From an uncultured delta proteobacterium (lineage in GTDB: Bacteria; Desulfobacterota; Binatia; HRBIN30; BPIQ01): a stretch of DNA of 64,000 nt. This document shows, piece after piece, positions 23,349-33,181 of this stretch. The stretch lies in the NCBI GenBank assembly GCA_963761335.1, contig CAVXGR010000012.1, positions 128,001 to 192,000 of the forward strand. Direction: 5' to 3'. Position 1 is the first letter of the stretch. Each line of letters starts with the position of its first letter. Below the pieces are notes generated by a model. The model saw only the letters and a list, made by a program, of their open reading frames with translations, was not told the DNA's origin and did no database searches. Both the position numbers and the translations under genes were made by a program.

Positions 23349-24080
23349 GTGAGCAAGATCTACGAAGCTCTGAAGAAAGCCGAGCAGGAGAGAGAGCAGT
23401 CGCGCTCCTCTCGACTGGATCTGGTGCCGGCCCTGGGGGAGGCCCCGCCGCCGCCGGACGTCGACGAGGAGTACCAGAAGCTGCGGGCCAACCTGTTGAC
23501 GGCGCTCGGGCCGGCCTCGATGCGCACCATCCTGGTGACCGCGCCCCGCCACCACGAGGGCGCCACCACGGTGGCTCTCGGCCTCGCCTCGGCGCTGGCC
23601 AAGGAGAGGGACGCGCGGGTGCTCCTGATCGAGGCCAATCTGCGCAGCCCGGCGCTGGAGCGCGCCACGGGGATTCCCCACAACGGCGGCCTCGCCCAGC
23701 TCCTCGAAGGCCGCCAGGCCGAAGAGGCGATCATCACTCGTGTCGACGCCCTCAATCTGTCGCTGGTGCCGGCCGGCGAGACCACGCGCGGCGCCATCGC
23801 CACCTACGATTTCGAGATTCTCGGTGAGATGCTGACCCGGCTGCGCCCGCAGTACGATTTCGTCGTCATCGACAGCCCGCCGGTGAACCAGTACGCCGAC
23901 GCCTCCATCCTCGGCACCAAGGTCGACGGCGTCATCCTCGTGGTCGAGGCGGATCGCACTCCGGTCCTCGAGGCGGAGGCCGCCAAGCGCCAGCTGGAGC
24001 GCGTCGGCGCCCGCATCCTGGGCGTGGTGCTCAACCGCAAGCGCTCGTACATCCCGGCTTTCCTCGAGAGCCTCCTCTAA
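23349..24080 (+). CDS. CpsD/CapB-family tyrosine-kinase-like protein with degenerate Walker A
   Basis: MSKIYEAL, EEYQKLRANL, HEGATT, LIEANLRSP, YDFVVIDSPP, ILGVVLN. Confidence 0.88.
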   Translation: MSKIYEALKKAEQEREQSRSSRLDLVPALGEAPPPPDVDEEYQKLRANLLTALGPASMRTILVTAPRHHEGATTVALGLASALAKERDARVLLIEANLRSPALERATGIPHNGGLAQLLEGRQAEEAIITRVDALNLSLVPAGETTRGAIATYDFEILGEMLTRLRPQYDFVVIDSPPVNQYADASILGTKVDGVILVVEADRTPVLEAEAAKRQLERVGARILGVVLNRKRSYIPAFLESLL

Positions 24081-24101
24081 TAAAAGAGTTCGCAGAGCTC
24101 G

Positions 24102-25544
24102 ATGCAACGCAGTGTCGCCATATCACGTCCCCTGGATCTGAACCGCGGAGAGATGCTGCCGCTGCTCGCCGCCTTCCTGCTGGTGGCGGCACTCGCGGTC
24201 TGCAATCTCACCGACAACGCCAACCTGGGGATCGCCCTGCTGATCGCGCCGGTCGGGGCGCTGCTGATCCTGCAGCGGCCGGAGTACGGCGTCATCATCA
24301 TGTTCTCGTCGTTCCTGGTGACCTACCCGAAGGCCCTCGCGGGCAGCGGCATGTTCACCCTGAACAACGCGCTCGCCGGTCTGCTCGGGCTGCTGCTGGT
24401 GCTGCGCATGGTGCGCGACGGCGACTGGTCGTTCCTCCGCCGCCGCGAGGTGCTGATCCTCGCCGCCATCGGGGCCATCTATCTGCTGTCCCGCTGGTGG
24501 CACCAACCCGACTCGCTGACCATGTCGCTGGCCAGCGACGAGCTGCGCGCCGGCGACCAGGATCCGGCGCGCATGTGGATCAACCGCTTCCTCTTCTTCA
24601 CGTTCTTCGTGGCCTTCGTGCATTCCAGCTCCAACGTCCGCACGCTCTTCACTCTGACGATCACCCTCATGGTGCTCTCCAGCATGGCGGGCATCTGGTA
24701 CGTGATCGCCGGCTGGGGGTTCGCCGGCTACCGCGCCCGCTCCGCCTTCTTCATCGGCACGGCCGGCAACCCGAACCGCATGGGCCTGTTCGCGGTCATC
24801 GCTTTCGCGGCACTGTGGTACCTGGCGCAGCGGCGGCCGAGCGGCCTGATGTACGCCATCGTGCTGCCCCTGATGGCGATCACGGTGCTGTCGGTTTTCA
24901 TGACCGGCTCGCGCAGCAGCGTCGCCGGGCTGGCTCTGGGCTCGACCATTCTCTTCCTCGAGGGCGGCGTCTCGGTGCGCAAGATCGGCGTGGTCCTGCT
25001 CGCCGGCGTCATGGCGATCGGCCTGATCTCGCGGATGGCGCCGGAGAAGAGCGTGGAGCGGGCCACCGGCGGCGGCGGCGACACCGACCTCGGATCGGGC
25101 TCGTATGAGCGGCGCGCCTACGGGGCCGGCTTCGCGTTCGAGCTGGCGGGCGACAACCCGATCTTCGGCGTCGGCATCGGCAATTGGGAGATCACCCGCT
25201 ACCTCGCGGACCCGGCGCACACCACCGCACCGCCGCACAGCTCCTATCTGCTGGCCCTGGTGGAGGGCGGCGTCGTCACCCTCTCGCTGTACCTGGCGCT
25301 GCTCGGCATGACCATGCAGAACTTCATCCGCTTCGAGGCCGGCGTGCGCAGCGGCCTGATCCCCAAGCAGATGCACTGGATGGCCAGCACCATGCGCACC
25401 GGCTTTGTCGTCTTTCTCTTCTTCTCGCTGGTGGGCGACCTCTGGCTGCACATCATCTTCTACTGGTTCATCGGACTCGGCGTGGCCATGCGCCACCTCC
25501 TGGAGAAGGCCGAGCGCGGCAGTGCCGCGGAGGTGTTCGCATGA
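24102..25544 (+). CDS. O-antigen ligase/Wzy polymerase-family membrane protein
   Basis: Many TM helices; GNPN, MTGSRS, NPIFGVGIGN, PHSSYL...EGG. Confidence 0.85.
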   Translation: MQRSVAISRPLDLNRGEMLPLLAAFLLVAALAVCNLTDNANLGIALLIAPVGALLILQRPEYGVIIMFSSFLVTYPKALAGSGMFTLNNALAGLLGLLLVLRMVRDGDWSFLRRREVLILAAIGAIYLLSRWWHQPDSLTMSLASDELRAGDQDPARMWINRFLFFTFFVAFVHSSSNVRTLFTLTITLMVLSSMAGIWYVIAGWGFAGYRARSAFFIGTAGNPNRMGLFAVIAFAALWYLAQRRPSGLMYAIVLPLMAITVLSVFMTGSRSSVAGLALGSTILFLEGGVSVRKIGVVLLAGVMAIGLISRMAPEKSVERATGGGGDTDLGSGSYERRAYGAGFAFELAGDNPIFGVGIGNWEITRYLADPAHTTAPPHSSYLLALVEGGVVTLSLYLALLGMTMQNFIRFEAGVRSGLIPKQMHWMASTMRTGFVVFLFFSLVGDLWLHIIFYWFIGLGVAMRHLLEKAERGSAAEVFA

Positions 25545-26422
25545 GCGCCATCGCCTTCTCGCAGTTCCTGCGGCGGCTCGGGCATCGGGTGGTCGAGGGG
25601 CCGTCGGGCGCCTGGTACGACGCCAGCCGCTTCTTCCTGCTCGGCATCCCCGGGCACGAGCTGCGGCGCCCGGGCGACGACGAGATTCGCCAGCTGCTGC
25701 GCCAGTGGCCGACTTTCGGATTGCGCTTCACCACGCCGCTCGACGGCGTCGGCAAGCTCAGCTACCAGATCGTCTGTGACGATTCGCAGTACCGGCTGGA
25801 GTCGCTCAGCGCCAACACCCGCAGCAAGATCCGCCGCGGCCTGCGCCGCTGCGAGATTCGCCAGGCGGCGCCCGCCGAGGTCGCGGTCGCCGGCCGGCGC
25901 GCCCACGACGACACGCTGGCCCGCCAGGGCCGCTCGGGGGTGCTCACCGGCGAGCGCTGGGACCGCTTCTGGGAGGCCGCCGCGGAGACCCCGGAGATGG
26001 AGGTCTGGACGGCGTGGGTCGAGGGCGAGCTGGCGGCCTTCGTGGTCACCGTGCTCTTCGGCGACTGCATCGAGTACATGCTGGCGCGTTCGCGCACCGA
26101 CTCGCTCGGTGCCTATCCGAACAATGCGCTGCTGTTCACCATGACCGAGGAGATGCTCTGCCGCCGCCGGCTGCGCGAGGTCACCTTCGGCCTCGAGTCG
26201 CTCGAGCCGGTGGCGCCGCTCGATCAGTTCAAGTTCTCCCTCGGCTTCCGCACCAAGCCGCTGCGTCAGCGCGTCGTCTTTCATCCGGCGATCGCCGCGG
26301 CGCTGCGGCCGCAACCGGTGCGAGCGCTCTGCCATCGCTGGGGCGCACAGGCGAAAGGGCAGGGGGTGTTCTGGCGCAAGGCGGCGGGCCTGCTGCGCTT
26401 CGCCGAGGAAGCGGGGCTCTGA
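25541..26422 (+). CDS. GNAT/FemAB-like acyltransferase
   Basis: NTRSKIRRGLR, YPNNALL, LDQFKFSLGF; coupled to genes on both sides. Confidence 0.7.
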   Translation: MSAIAFSQFLRRLGHRVVEGPSGAWYDASRFFLLGIPGHELRRPGDDEIRQLLRQWPTFGLRFTTPLDGVGKLSYQIVCDDSQYRLESLSANTRSKIRRGLRRCEIRQAAPAEVAVAGRRAHDDTLARQGRSGVLTGERWDRFWEAAAETPEMEVWTAWVEGELAAFVVTVLFGDCIEYMLARSRTDSLGAYPNNALLFTMTEEMLCRRRLREVTFGLESLEPVAPLDQFKFSLGFRTKPLRQRVVFHPAIAAALRPQPVRALCHRWGAQAKGQGVFWRKAAGLLRFAEEAGL

Positions 26423-27648
26423 TGGGCAGCGAGAGAGCCGGATCGATGTCCGCCATTGAAGCTGCACCCGCGCCGCAGACCGCTGACCACATGAAACGGC
26501 AGATCGCCTTTCACCGCCCGCCGATCGGCGAGGAGGAGATCGCCGCCGTCGTCGACACGCTGCGCTCGGGCTGGCTGACCATGGGTCCGAAGACGCGCGC
26601 CTTCGAAGAGGAGTTCGCAAGCGCCGTAGGCGCCCGCCATGCGGTGGCCGTGAGCTCGTGCACCGCGGCGCTGCACCTGGCCCTCAACGCCCTGGACCTG
26701 CACCCCGAGGACGAGGTCATCACCTGCACCTACACCTTCGCGGCCACCGCCAACGCCATCGTCCACGCCGGTGCCCGCCCAGTGCTCGCCGACTGCCACG
26801 AGAGCACCCTCAACATCGACGTCGAGGACGTCGCCCGCAAGATCACGCCGCGCACCCGCGCCCTCATCCCGGTGCACTTCGCCGGCCATCCGGCGGCCAT
26901 GGACGAGATCTCGGCGCTGGCACGCCAGCACGGCCTGACCGTCATCGAGGACGCCGCCCACGCGGTGCCCGCCTCCTACGGGGAGCGCATGATCGGGTCG
27001 ATCAGCGAGCTGACGGCTTTCAGCTTCTACGCCACCAAGAACCTGACCACGGGCGAAGGCGGCATGCTGACCACGGCGGACGACGAGCTGGCGGCGACGC
27101 TGCGCGTCCGCCGGCTGCACGGCCTCAGCTACGACGCCTGGAAGCGCTATACGGCGCAGGGCTCCTGGCGCTACGAGATCCTCTACCCGGGCTTCAAGTA
27201 CAACACCACCGACATCAACGCCGCCCTCGGCCTGGTGCAGCTGCGGCGCATGTACGAGCTGCGCGCGGCGCGCGCCGAACGGGCGCAGCGCTACATGGAG
27301 CGGCTGCGCGGCGTCCCCGGCCTCCGCCTGCCGACCGTGCTTCCGGGCATCGAGCACGCCTGGCACCTGTTCGTCGTGCAGATCGACCCGGAGCAGGTGT
27401 CGGTCAGCCGCGACCAGCTGATCGAGGACCTCAAGGCCGACGGCATCGGCACCAGCGTGCACTTCATTCCCGTGCACCTCCACCCGTATTACCGCGACAC
27501 CTACGGGCTGACGCCAGCGGCTCTGCCGCGCGCCTCCCGCGTCGCCGAGCGGGCGCTGTCCCTGCCCCTGTACCCCTCACTGGAACCGGCGGACATCGAC
27601 TACGTTGTAGACACTCTCGCTGCGCACCTGCGGCGGGCGAGGCGGTGA
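26422..27648 (+). CDS. DegT/DnrJ/EryC1/StrS aminotransferase
   Basis: SGWLTMGP, SSCTAALHLA, IEDAAHA, FSFYATKNLTTGEGG; start could be 26446 or 26491. Confidence 0.93.
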   Translation: MGSERAGSMSAIEAAPAPQTADHMKRQIAFHRPPIGEEEIAAVVDTLRSGWLTMGPKTRAFEEEFASAVGARHAVAVSSCTAALHLALNALDLHPEDEVITCTYTFAATANAIVHAGARPVLADCHESTLNIDVEDVARKITPRTRALIPVHFAGHPAAMDEISALARQHGLTVIEDAAHAVPASYGERMIGSISELTAFSFYATKNLTTGEGGMLTTADDELAATLRVRRLHGLSYDAWKRYTAQGSWRYEILYPGFKYNTTDINAALGLVQLRRMYELRAARAERAQRYMERLRGVPGLRLPTVLPGIEHAWHLFVVQIDPEQVSVSRDQLIEDLKADGIGTSVHFIPVHLHPYYRDTYGLTPAALPRASRVAERALSLPLYPSLEPADIDYVVDTLAAHLRRARR

Positions 27649-27652
27649 TACG

Positions 27653-29053
27653 ATGCTCAAACGCGCCTTCGATTTAGTCGTCGCTCTTCTGGGACTGCTG
27701 TTACTGCTGCCCCTCCTTCTCTTTCTCGCAGCGGTCATTCGCATCGACTCGACGGGGCCGGTCTTCTTTCGCCAGAAGCGCGTCGGCCGCGATGGTCAGA
27801 TATTCGAGATCTTCAAGTTTCGCACCATGGTGCACGGCGCCTACAAGATGGGGTCCCGCCTCACGGTCAAGCGCGATCCGCGCATCACCCGCGTCGGACA
27901 GATCCTGCGCTGGTTCAAGATCGACGAGCTGCCCCAGCTGATCAACGTTCTCGTCGGCGAGATGAGCCTGATCGGCCCGCGTCCCGAAGATCCCTACTTC
28001 GTGCGATTTTACAATGCCGAGCAGCGCCGCGTGCTCAGTGTCCGCCCCGGCATCCTCGGCCCGAGCCAGATCGAGGGCCGCGACGAGCTGGAGAGCTATC
28101 CCGAAGGGGTGGTGGACGCCGAGCGCTACTACGTCGAGCACATCCTGCCGGCGAAGCTGGCGCGCGACCTGGTGTACGTCCGCAAGGCCAGCTTCTTCGG
28201 CGACTTCCATCTGCTCCTGCACGGCCTCTGGGTGACCCTGGTGGGCGCCATCAAGACCAAGTTTCTGTGGCGCCGCCGCCGGCGTCTGCTGCTGATCGCC
28301 GCCGACATGCTGCTGGCGATGGCCTCCTTCGTGATCGCCTACATGGTCCGCTACGAATGGCAGCTACCGGCCGACCCGGGCTTCTTCCTGCAGCCGCTGC
28401 TGCTGATCGCGGTGATTCGCCCCCTGGCGCTCCTCTACTTCGGCGCCTACCAGGGAATCGCCGCCTACTACGGCCGCTGGGACTTCATGGCGGTGTTTCG
28501 CGCCGTCACCGTGGGCTCGCTGCTGGTGGCCGGCATGGCCTTCTTCACCGGTCTGCAGAAGTTCCCGCGCTCGGTGCTGGTGATCGACTGGGCCCTGCTT
28601 CTCTTCCTGCTCGGCGGCCTGCGCTACAGCCTGCGCATGTGGGTGCGCCGCCATCCGCGCCAGCGGCGGATGAAGCGCGAGAACGTCCTCATCGTCGGCG
28701 CCGGAGTGGGGGGCGAGCAGATCAGCCGTGCCCTCCTCGAGGATCCACTGGCGCCGTACCGCCCGGTCGGCTTCATCGACACCTCGCCGGATCGCTGGGG
28801 CTCGATGATCCACGGCGTCAAGGTTCTGGGCGGCAGCAGCGAGCTGCCCCTCGCCATCAATGCCAAGTCGGTGAAGACGGTGTTCGTCTGCCTGTCCGAT
28901 CTCGACGGGGTGCAGGTCGACGAGGTCACCGATCTCTGCCGGCGCGCCGGCGCCGAGTGCCGCTTCGTTCCAACTCTGACCGATCTGCTCAATGCAGACG
29001 CATTTTCCCCCGAGCATCAATTGATGCCGCAGCCGGCTGCGGCAGGTAGCTGA
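27653..29053 (+). CDS. Priming sugar-phosphate transferase (PglC-type domain) fused to TM + CoA-binding-like domain
   Basis: [33 protein letters not shown] at N-terminus; PRSVLVIDW and [10 protein letters not shown] at C-terminus. Confidence 0.9.
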   Translation: MLKRAFDLVVALLGLLLLLPLLLFLAAVIRIDSTGPVFFRQKRVGRDGQIFEIFKFRTMVHGAYKMGSRLTVKRDPRITRVGQILRWFKIDELPQLINVLVGEMSLIGPRPEDPYFVRFYNAEQRRVLSVRPGILGPSQIEGRDELESYPEGVVDAERYYVEHILPAKLARDLVYVRKASFFGDFHLLLHGLWVTLVGAIKTKFLWRRRRRLLLIAADMLLAMASFVIAYMVRYEWQLPADPGFFLQPLLLIAVIRPLALLYFGAYQGIAAYYGRWDFMAVFRAVTVGSLLVAGMAFFTGLQKFPRSVLVIDWALLLFLLGGLRYSLRMWVRRHPRQRRMKRENVLIVGAGVGGEQISRALLEDPLAPYRPVGFIDTSPDRWGSMIHGVKVLGGSSELPLAINAKSVKTVFVCLSDLDGVQVDEVTDLCRRAGAECRFVPTLTDLLNADAFSPEHQLMPQPAAAGS

Positions 29054-29155
29054 GCCAGCGCTCAGCGGAATAAGAGAGGGCAGGGCGCCGACGGCCCAGC
29101 GGTGCAGTCGCTCGAGCGCCCGAATGTTACGAGATGATGACTTCGATTGCGGCTT

Positions 29156-29171
29156 CGGCATACGAGCTGCG
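29156..29171 (+). promoter_or_regulatory. Putative sigma54 promoter
   Basis: CGGCATACGAGCTGCG (GG-N10-GC) in a 208-bp intergenic gap. Confidence 0.45.
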
Positions 29172-29261
29172 AGACCGTGAAGGGGGGCCTTCAGGGTTTT
29201 CGGTCGAAGCATACGACCGGCCTGACAGCGACATGGATCGCGGGCTTTGAAAGGAGGAGAC

Positions 29262-30266
29262 ATGGCTGTAGATACCGTCTTGGTGACTGGCGGGGCGGGA
29301 TATGTGGGGTCGCATCTGACGCGGAAGCTGCTCGACCGCGGGCACCGGGTGCGCGTCCTCGACAACTTTCTCTACGGCGACCGTGGTCTGTCCGAGGTGC
29401 GGCACCACCCGCTGCTCGAGCTTCGCTACGGCGACATCTGCAATCCGCAGGACGTCGAGGACGCAGTGCGCGGCTGCCGCGGCGTCATCGCCCTCGCGGC
29501 CCTGGTGGGCGATGCCGCCTGCGAGGTCGACCCCGAGGAGGCCATGGCGATCAACTTCCGCTCCTCCCGCCTGATGGTCGAGACCTGCCGGCAGCAGAAG
29601 GTCGAGCGACTGGTCTTCGCCTCTTCTTGCAGCGTCTACGGCGCCAATGGCAGCAACATGCTGACCGAGGAGTCGCACCTCAATCCGGTTTCGCTGTACG
29701 CGCGGACGCGCATCATGTCGGAGGAGATCCTGGCCCAGGAGCGCGGCGACGTCGATATCGTCATTCTGCGCCTCGCCACTGTCTGTGGCCTGTCCCATCG
29801 CATGCGCTTCGACCTCATGGTCAACACCATTACCGCGCATGCCGTCATCGACGGCAAGATCAAGATCATCGGGCCCGGCCAGTGGCGGCCGCATCTGCAC
29901 GTGCAGGACGCCGCCGAAGCCTTTCGGCGGGCCGTCGAGGTGGAGCGCCGTCCGGCGGTGACGGTCTTCAACGTCGGCGACAACTCGCAGAACTTCACCA
30001 TCGCCGAGATTGCCGCCAAGGTCATGGAAGCCCTCCCGGGCACCGACGTGGAGTACTCCGAGGGTAACGGCGATCGCCGCAGCTATCGCGTCAGCTTCGA
30101 CCGGATCCGCGACCAGCTGGGCTTCACCTCTTCGCACTGCGTCGAGGACGCCATTCGGGAGGTCTCCGACCTGTTGCACGGTGACGCCATCCCGGACTAC
30201 AAGGCTCCCGTCTATCACAACGTCAAATACCTGCAGGCCAACGGCGTTCGACGCGCCGCTGTCTGA
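29262..30266 (+). CDS. NAD-dependent epimerase/dehydratase (extended SDR)
   Basis: VTGGAGYVGS, ASSCSVYG, YARTR (YxxxR variant), RFDLMVN; AGGAGG RBS. Confidence 0.9.
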   Translation: MAVDTVLVTGGAGYVGSHLTRKLLDRGHRVRVLDNFLYGDRGLSEVRHHPLLELRYGDICNPQDVEDAVRGCRGVIALAALVGDAACEVDPEEAMAINFRSSRLMVETCRQQKVERLVFASSCSVYGANGSNMLTEESHLNPVSLYARTRIMSEEILAQERGDVDIVILRLATVCGLSHRMRFDLMVNTITAHAVIDGKIKIIGPGQWRPHLHVQDAAEAFRRAVEVERRPAVTVFNVGDNSQNFTIAEIAAKVMEALPGTDVEYSEGNGDRRSYRVSFDRIRDQLGFTSSHCVEDAIREVSDLLHGDAIPDYKAPVYHNVKYLQANGVRRAAV

Positions 30267-30292
30267 ACGAGAGACTTCTCCTCGCACGAACG

Positions 30293-31363
30293 ATGAGTAC
30301 GGAACCACTTCGCGTGGCAGTGGTCGGGTGCGGCCGCATCGCCGCCGTCCACTGCCGCTACATCAAGACCGTCCCCGGGGTGCAATTGGCGGCGGTCTGC
30401 GATCCCATCGAGGAATCGGCGCAACGCCTCGGGAACGCCTTCCAGGTCGCCGCTCGCTTCACGGATCTCGCCCGCATGCTCGCCGAGGTCGAGCCGGCTG
30501 CCGTCCATGTCCTCACGCCGCCGTCCACGCACGCCGAGGTCGCCATCGCGGCGATGGAGTCGGGCGCCCACGTGCTGGTGGAGAAGCCGATGACGGCGCG
30601 CGCCCCGGAGGCCGATCAGCTGCTGGCCGCCGCGGCGCGTACCGGCCGCACCGTCTGTGTCGACCACAATCGCTGGTTCGACCCGGTCATGCAGCAGGCC
30701 GCGGAGCTGCTGCGCTCCGGGGCTCTCGGCGAGCTCGCCGGTGCCGAGGTCTTTCAGGGCGCCGCCGTGGGCGAGGCCCAGGCGACCGCCGCCGGGGCGA
30801 CGCGCAACTGGCGCGCCGACATGCCCGGGGGCGTCATGCACGACCTGGCGCCGCACCCGGTCTATCTGCTGCGCAACCTGCTGGGGCCGATCCGCGACAT
30901 GCAGGTGATCGGCGTGACCAGCGGCGAGGTGCTCCAGGAGGTGCGCGCCGTGGCCGCGGGAACGCGCGCCGTCGGGGTCCTGTCGATCTCCATGCGCGCC
31001 CGCCCGATGATGAACACGGTGCGTCTGATCGGCACGCGACAGACCGCGGAGGTGAACCTGAACAACATGACGCTGATCGTTCGCCGCGAGCACGGCGGTC
31101 CCAAGCTCGCCAGCAAGGTGCTTCCCAACGTGGTCGAGGCCGGGCAGCTGCTGGCCTCCACGATCCGCAACGGCATCGCCTTCGCCACCGGCAAGCAGCG
31201 CTACTTCCCGGGGATGGGCGTGCTCATCGCCCGCTTCTACGAGCATCTGCGGCGCGGCACACCGCCGCCGACCACCGGCGAAGAGGGACGCGACGTGGTT
31301 CGCCTGCTCGACCAGATCTGGGCGGAGACGGCGGCGCCGTCGCCGCAGCGAGCCTTCGCATGA
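30293..31363 (+). CDS. Gfo/Idh/MocA oxidoreductase
   Basis: VAVVGCGRIA, TPPSTH, HVLVEKPM, HDLAPH. Confidence 0.9.
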   Translation: MSTEPLRVAVVGCGRIAAVHCRYIKTVPGVQLAAVCDPIEESAQRLGNAFQVAARFTDLARMLAEVEPAAVHVLTPPSTHAEVAIAAMESGAHVLVEKPMTARAPEADQLLAAAARTGRTVCVDHNRWFDPVMQQAAELLRSGALGELAGAEVFQGAAVGEAQATAAGATRNWRADMPGGVMHDLAPHPVYLLRNLLGPIRDMQVIGVTSGEVLQEVRAVAAGTRAVGVLSISMRARPMMNTVRLIGTRQTAEVNLNNMTLIVRREHGGPKLASKVLPNVVEAGQLLASTIRNGIAFATGKQRYFPGMGVLIARFYEHLRRGTPPPTTGEEGRDVVRLLDQIWAETAAPSPQRAFA

Positions 31364-32373
31364 AGGTGCTGGTGACCGGCGCCACCGGCTTCCTCGGAGG
31401 CCTGGTGACGCGACAGCTGCTGCGCGAAGGCGATGTCGTCCGCGCGCTGGTGCGCCCCGGCCGCGACGGCGGCATTGCCGGCGTTGAGATCGCGCCCGGC
31501 GATCTCAAGGACGGCGGCGCCATTGTCGATGCGGTGCGCGGCGTCGATGCCGTAGTGCACTGCGGCGCTCGGGTGGCCACCACCGGGCCCTGGGCGGAGT
31601 TTGCTGCCGTCAACGTCGACGCCACCGGACAGCTGATCCGCGCTGCCGTCGATCAGGGCGTGCGGCGCCTCGTTCACGTCAGCTCGCTCAGCGTCTACGC
31701 CATCGACCGCGACGGCGCCTGCATCACCGAGGACAGCGCCTACGAAGACGGCGCCGAGGATCGCGGCTTCTACAGCCGTTCCAAGCTGGCCGCCGATCGA
31801 CTGTGCATGGAGGCCGCCGCCGCTGGCGCGCCGGTGACCGTGGTGCGTCCCGGTCTTCTCTACGGACCGGGTCGCCGGCCGCCGCTCGGGCGCCGCAGCG
31901 TGGCGGTCGGACGGCTGCGGCTGGTCCTCGGCAGCCCCGGCTATCTGCTGCCGCTGGCCTACGGGGACAATATCGCCGACGCCATCAGCCACGCCCTCCG
32001 ACAGCCGCACGCCCAGGGCCGCGCCTACACCTTGGTCGATGCCCAGGTGCCGATGCGCGAGTACGTGCCCCTCTATCGAGAGATCACTCGCGGCTCGTGG
32101 CGCGCCGTCTTCGTGCCGGCGGCACTGCCGCTGGCCCTGCTCGGGCCGGCGGCCTTCGCCGCGCGCCTCGCCGGCCGCCGCCTTCCGGTCTCGGCCCACC
32201 AGATCGAGCGCACCACCTGGAGCGCGCAGTTCGACTGTCGCCGCGCCACCGGCGAGCTCGGCTGGACGCCGCGCGTATCGCTGCGCGAGGGACTGCAGCG
32301 CGCGCTGACGGCCAACGGCGCCGCCGCCGCGCCGAGCGACACTGCGGATCGATACTCCTATGAGACCCATTGA
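31360..32373 (+). CDS. NAD-dependent epimerase/dehydratase
   Basis: VTGATGFLG, HVSSLSVY, YSRSK, RPGLLYGPG. Confidence 0.9.
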   Translation: MKVLVTGATGFLGGLVTRQLLREGDVVRALVRPGRDGGIAGVEIAPGDLKDGGAIVDAVRGVDAVVHCGARVATTGPWAEFAAVNVDATGQLIRAAVDQGVRRLVHVSSLSVYAIDRDGACITEDSAYEDGAEDRGFYSRSKLAADRLCMEAAAAGAPVTVVRPGLLYGPGRRPPLGRRSVAVGRLRLVLGSPGYLLPLAYGDNIADAISHALRQPHAQGRAYTLVDAQVPMREYVPLYREITRGSWRAVFVPAALPLALLGPAAFAARLAGRRLPVSAHQIERTTWSAQFDCRRATGELGWTPRVSLREGLQRALTANGAAAAPSDTADRYSYETH

Positions 32374-33097
32374 CCAGCCCGCCGAGCTGAAAGAGTACTA
32401 TCAGGACACCGAGGTCGTTGCGGACTACATCCGCAAGAGGACCGCTCAGCCGCTCAACGGCGCCATGCACGTCCGGCAGGTGCAGTTCCTCGACGAGGTG
32501 ATCGCGGCGCGCGCTCCTCGCGCCGTGCTGGAGCTGGCTCCGGGCCCGGCGCGTCTCACCGCCGAGATTCGGCCCGTGCCCTTCGGCATCGCCGCCGACT
32601 TCAGCCCCGGCATGTTGCAGACGGCGCGTCGGCGGACCGAACAGGCGGGGCGTCGCTGGAGCTTCATGCGCGCCGACGCCTTCTCGCTGCCGCTGCGCGA
32701 CGCACAGCTCGATCTGGCCTTCACGCTGCGCTTCGTCCGTCACTTCGCCGCCGCGGATCGGCACCGCCTGTATCAGGAGATCCGCCGCGTGCTGCGCCCC
32801 GGCGGGGCGTTGGTGATCGACGCCCAGAACCGCCTCGTACGCGGCCGCGATCACGTGACGCGACACGCCGTCTTCGACGAGCTCTACACCGCCGACGAGC
32901 TGCGGCAGGAGCTCGAGCGAGAGGGCTTTCGGGTGCTGCGCATGGAGGGCATCATCCGCCACCACGCGCTGCAGCGCTCGCTCAATCGCCTGCGGGCGCT
33001 GGGCCTGGGGGCGGTGGCGCGCCAGATGATCGATGCCGTCGAGCGCCTGCCGAGCGCCAACCCCTCGACCTGGATGGTGCTGAGCGAGCGCACCTGA
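32360..33097 (+). CDS. Class I SAM-dependent methyltransferase
   Basis: VLELAPGPAR, DFSPGML, ADAFSLP, RVLRPGG. Confidence 0.88.
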   Translation: MRPIDQPAELKEYYQDTEVVADYIRKRTAQPLNGAMHVRQVQFLDEVIAARAPRAVLELAPGPARLTAEIRPVPFGIAADFSPGMLQTARRRTEQAGRRWSFMRADAFSLPLRDAQLDLAFTLRFVRHFAAADRHRLYQEIRRVLRPGGALVIDAQNRLVRGRDHVTRHAVFDELYTADELRQELEREGFRVLRMEGIIRHHALQRSLNRLRALGLGAVARQMIDAVERLPSANPSTWMVLSERT

Positions 33098-33181
33098 AAG
33101 CGCGGCTGCACCGCAGCCGCCGGGGCCGCCGCCCAGAGCCATCGGCGGTCCGCCTCCCACAGGCTCTTTCGAGTCGTCCCA

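Noticed and set aside
29041..29050. GGCAGGTAGC as an ops element
   Set aside because: Has an extra base relative to GGCGGTAG and lies within the last codons of a CDS.
33102..33120. GCGGCTGC-ACC-GCAGCCGC hairpin as a terminator
   Set aside because: No U-tract and lies mid-operon; at most a stabilising hairpin.
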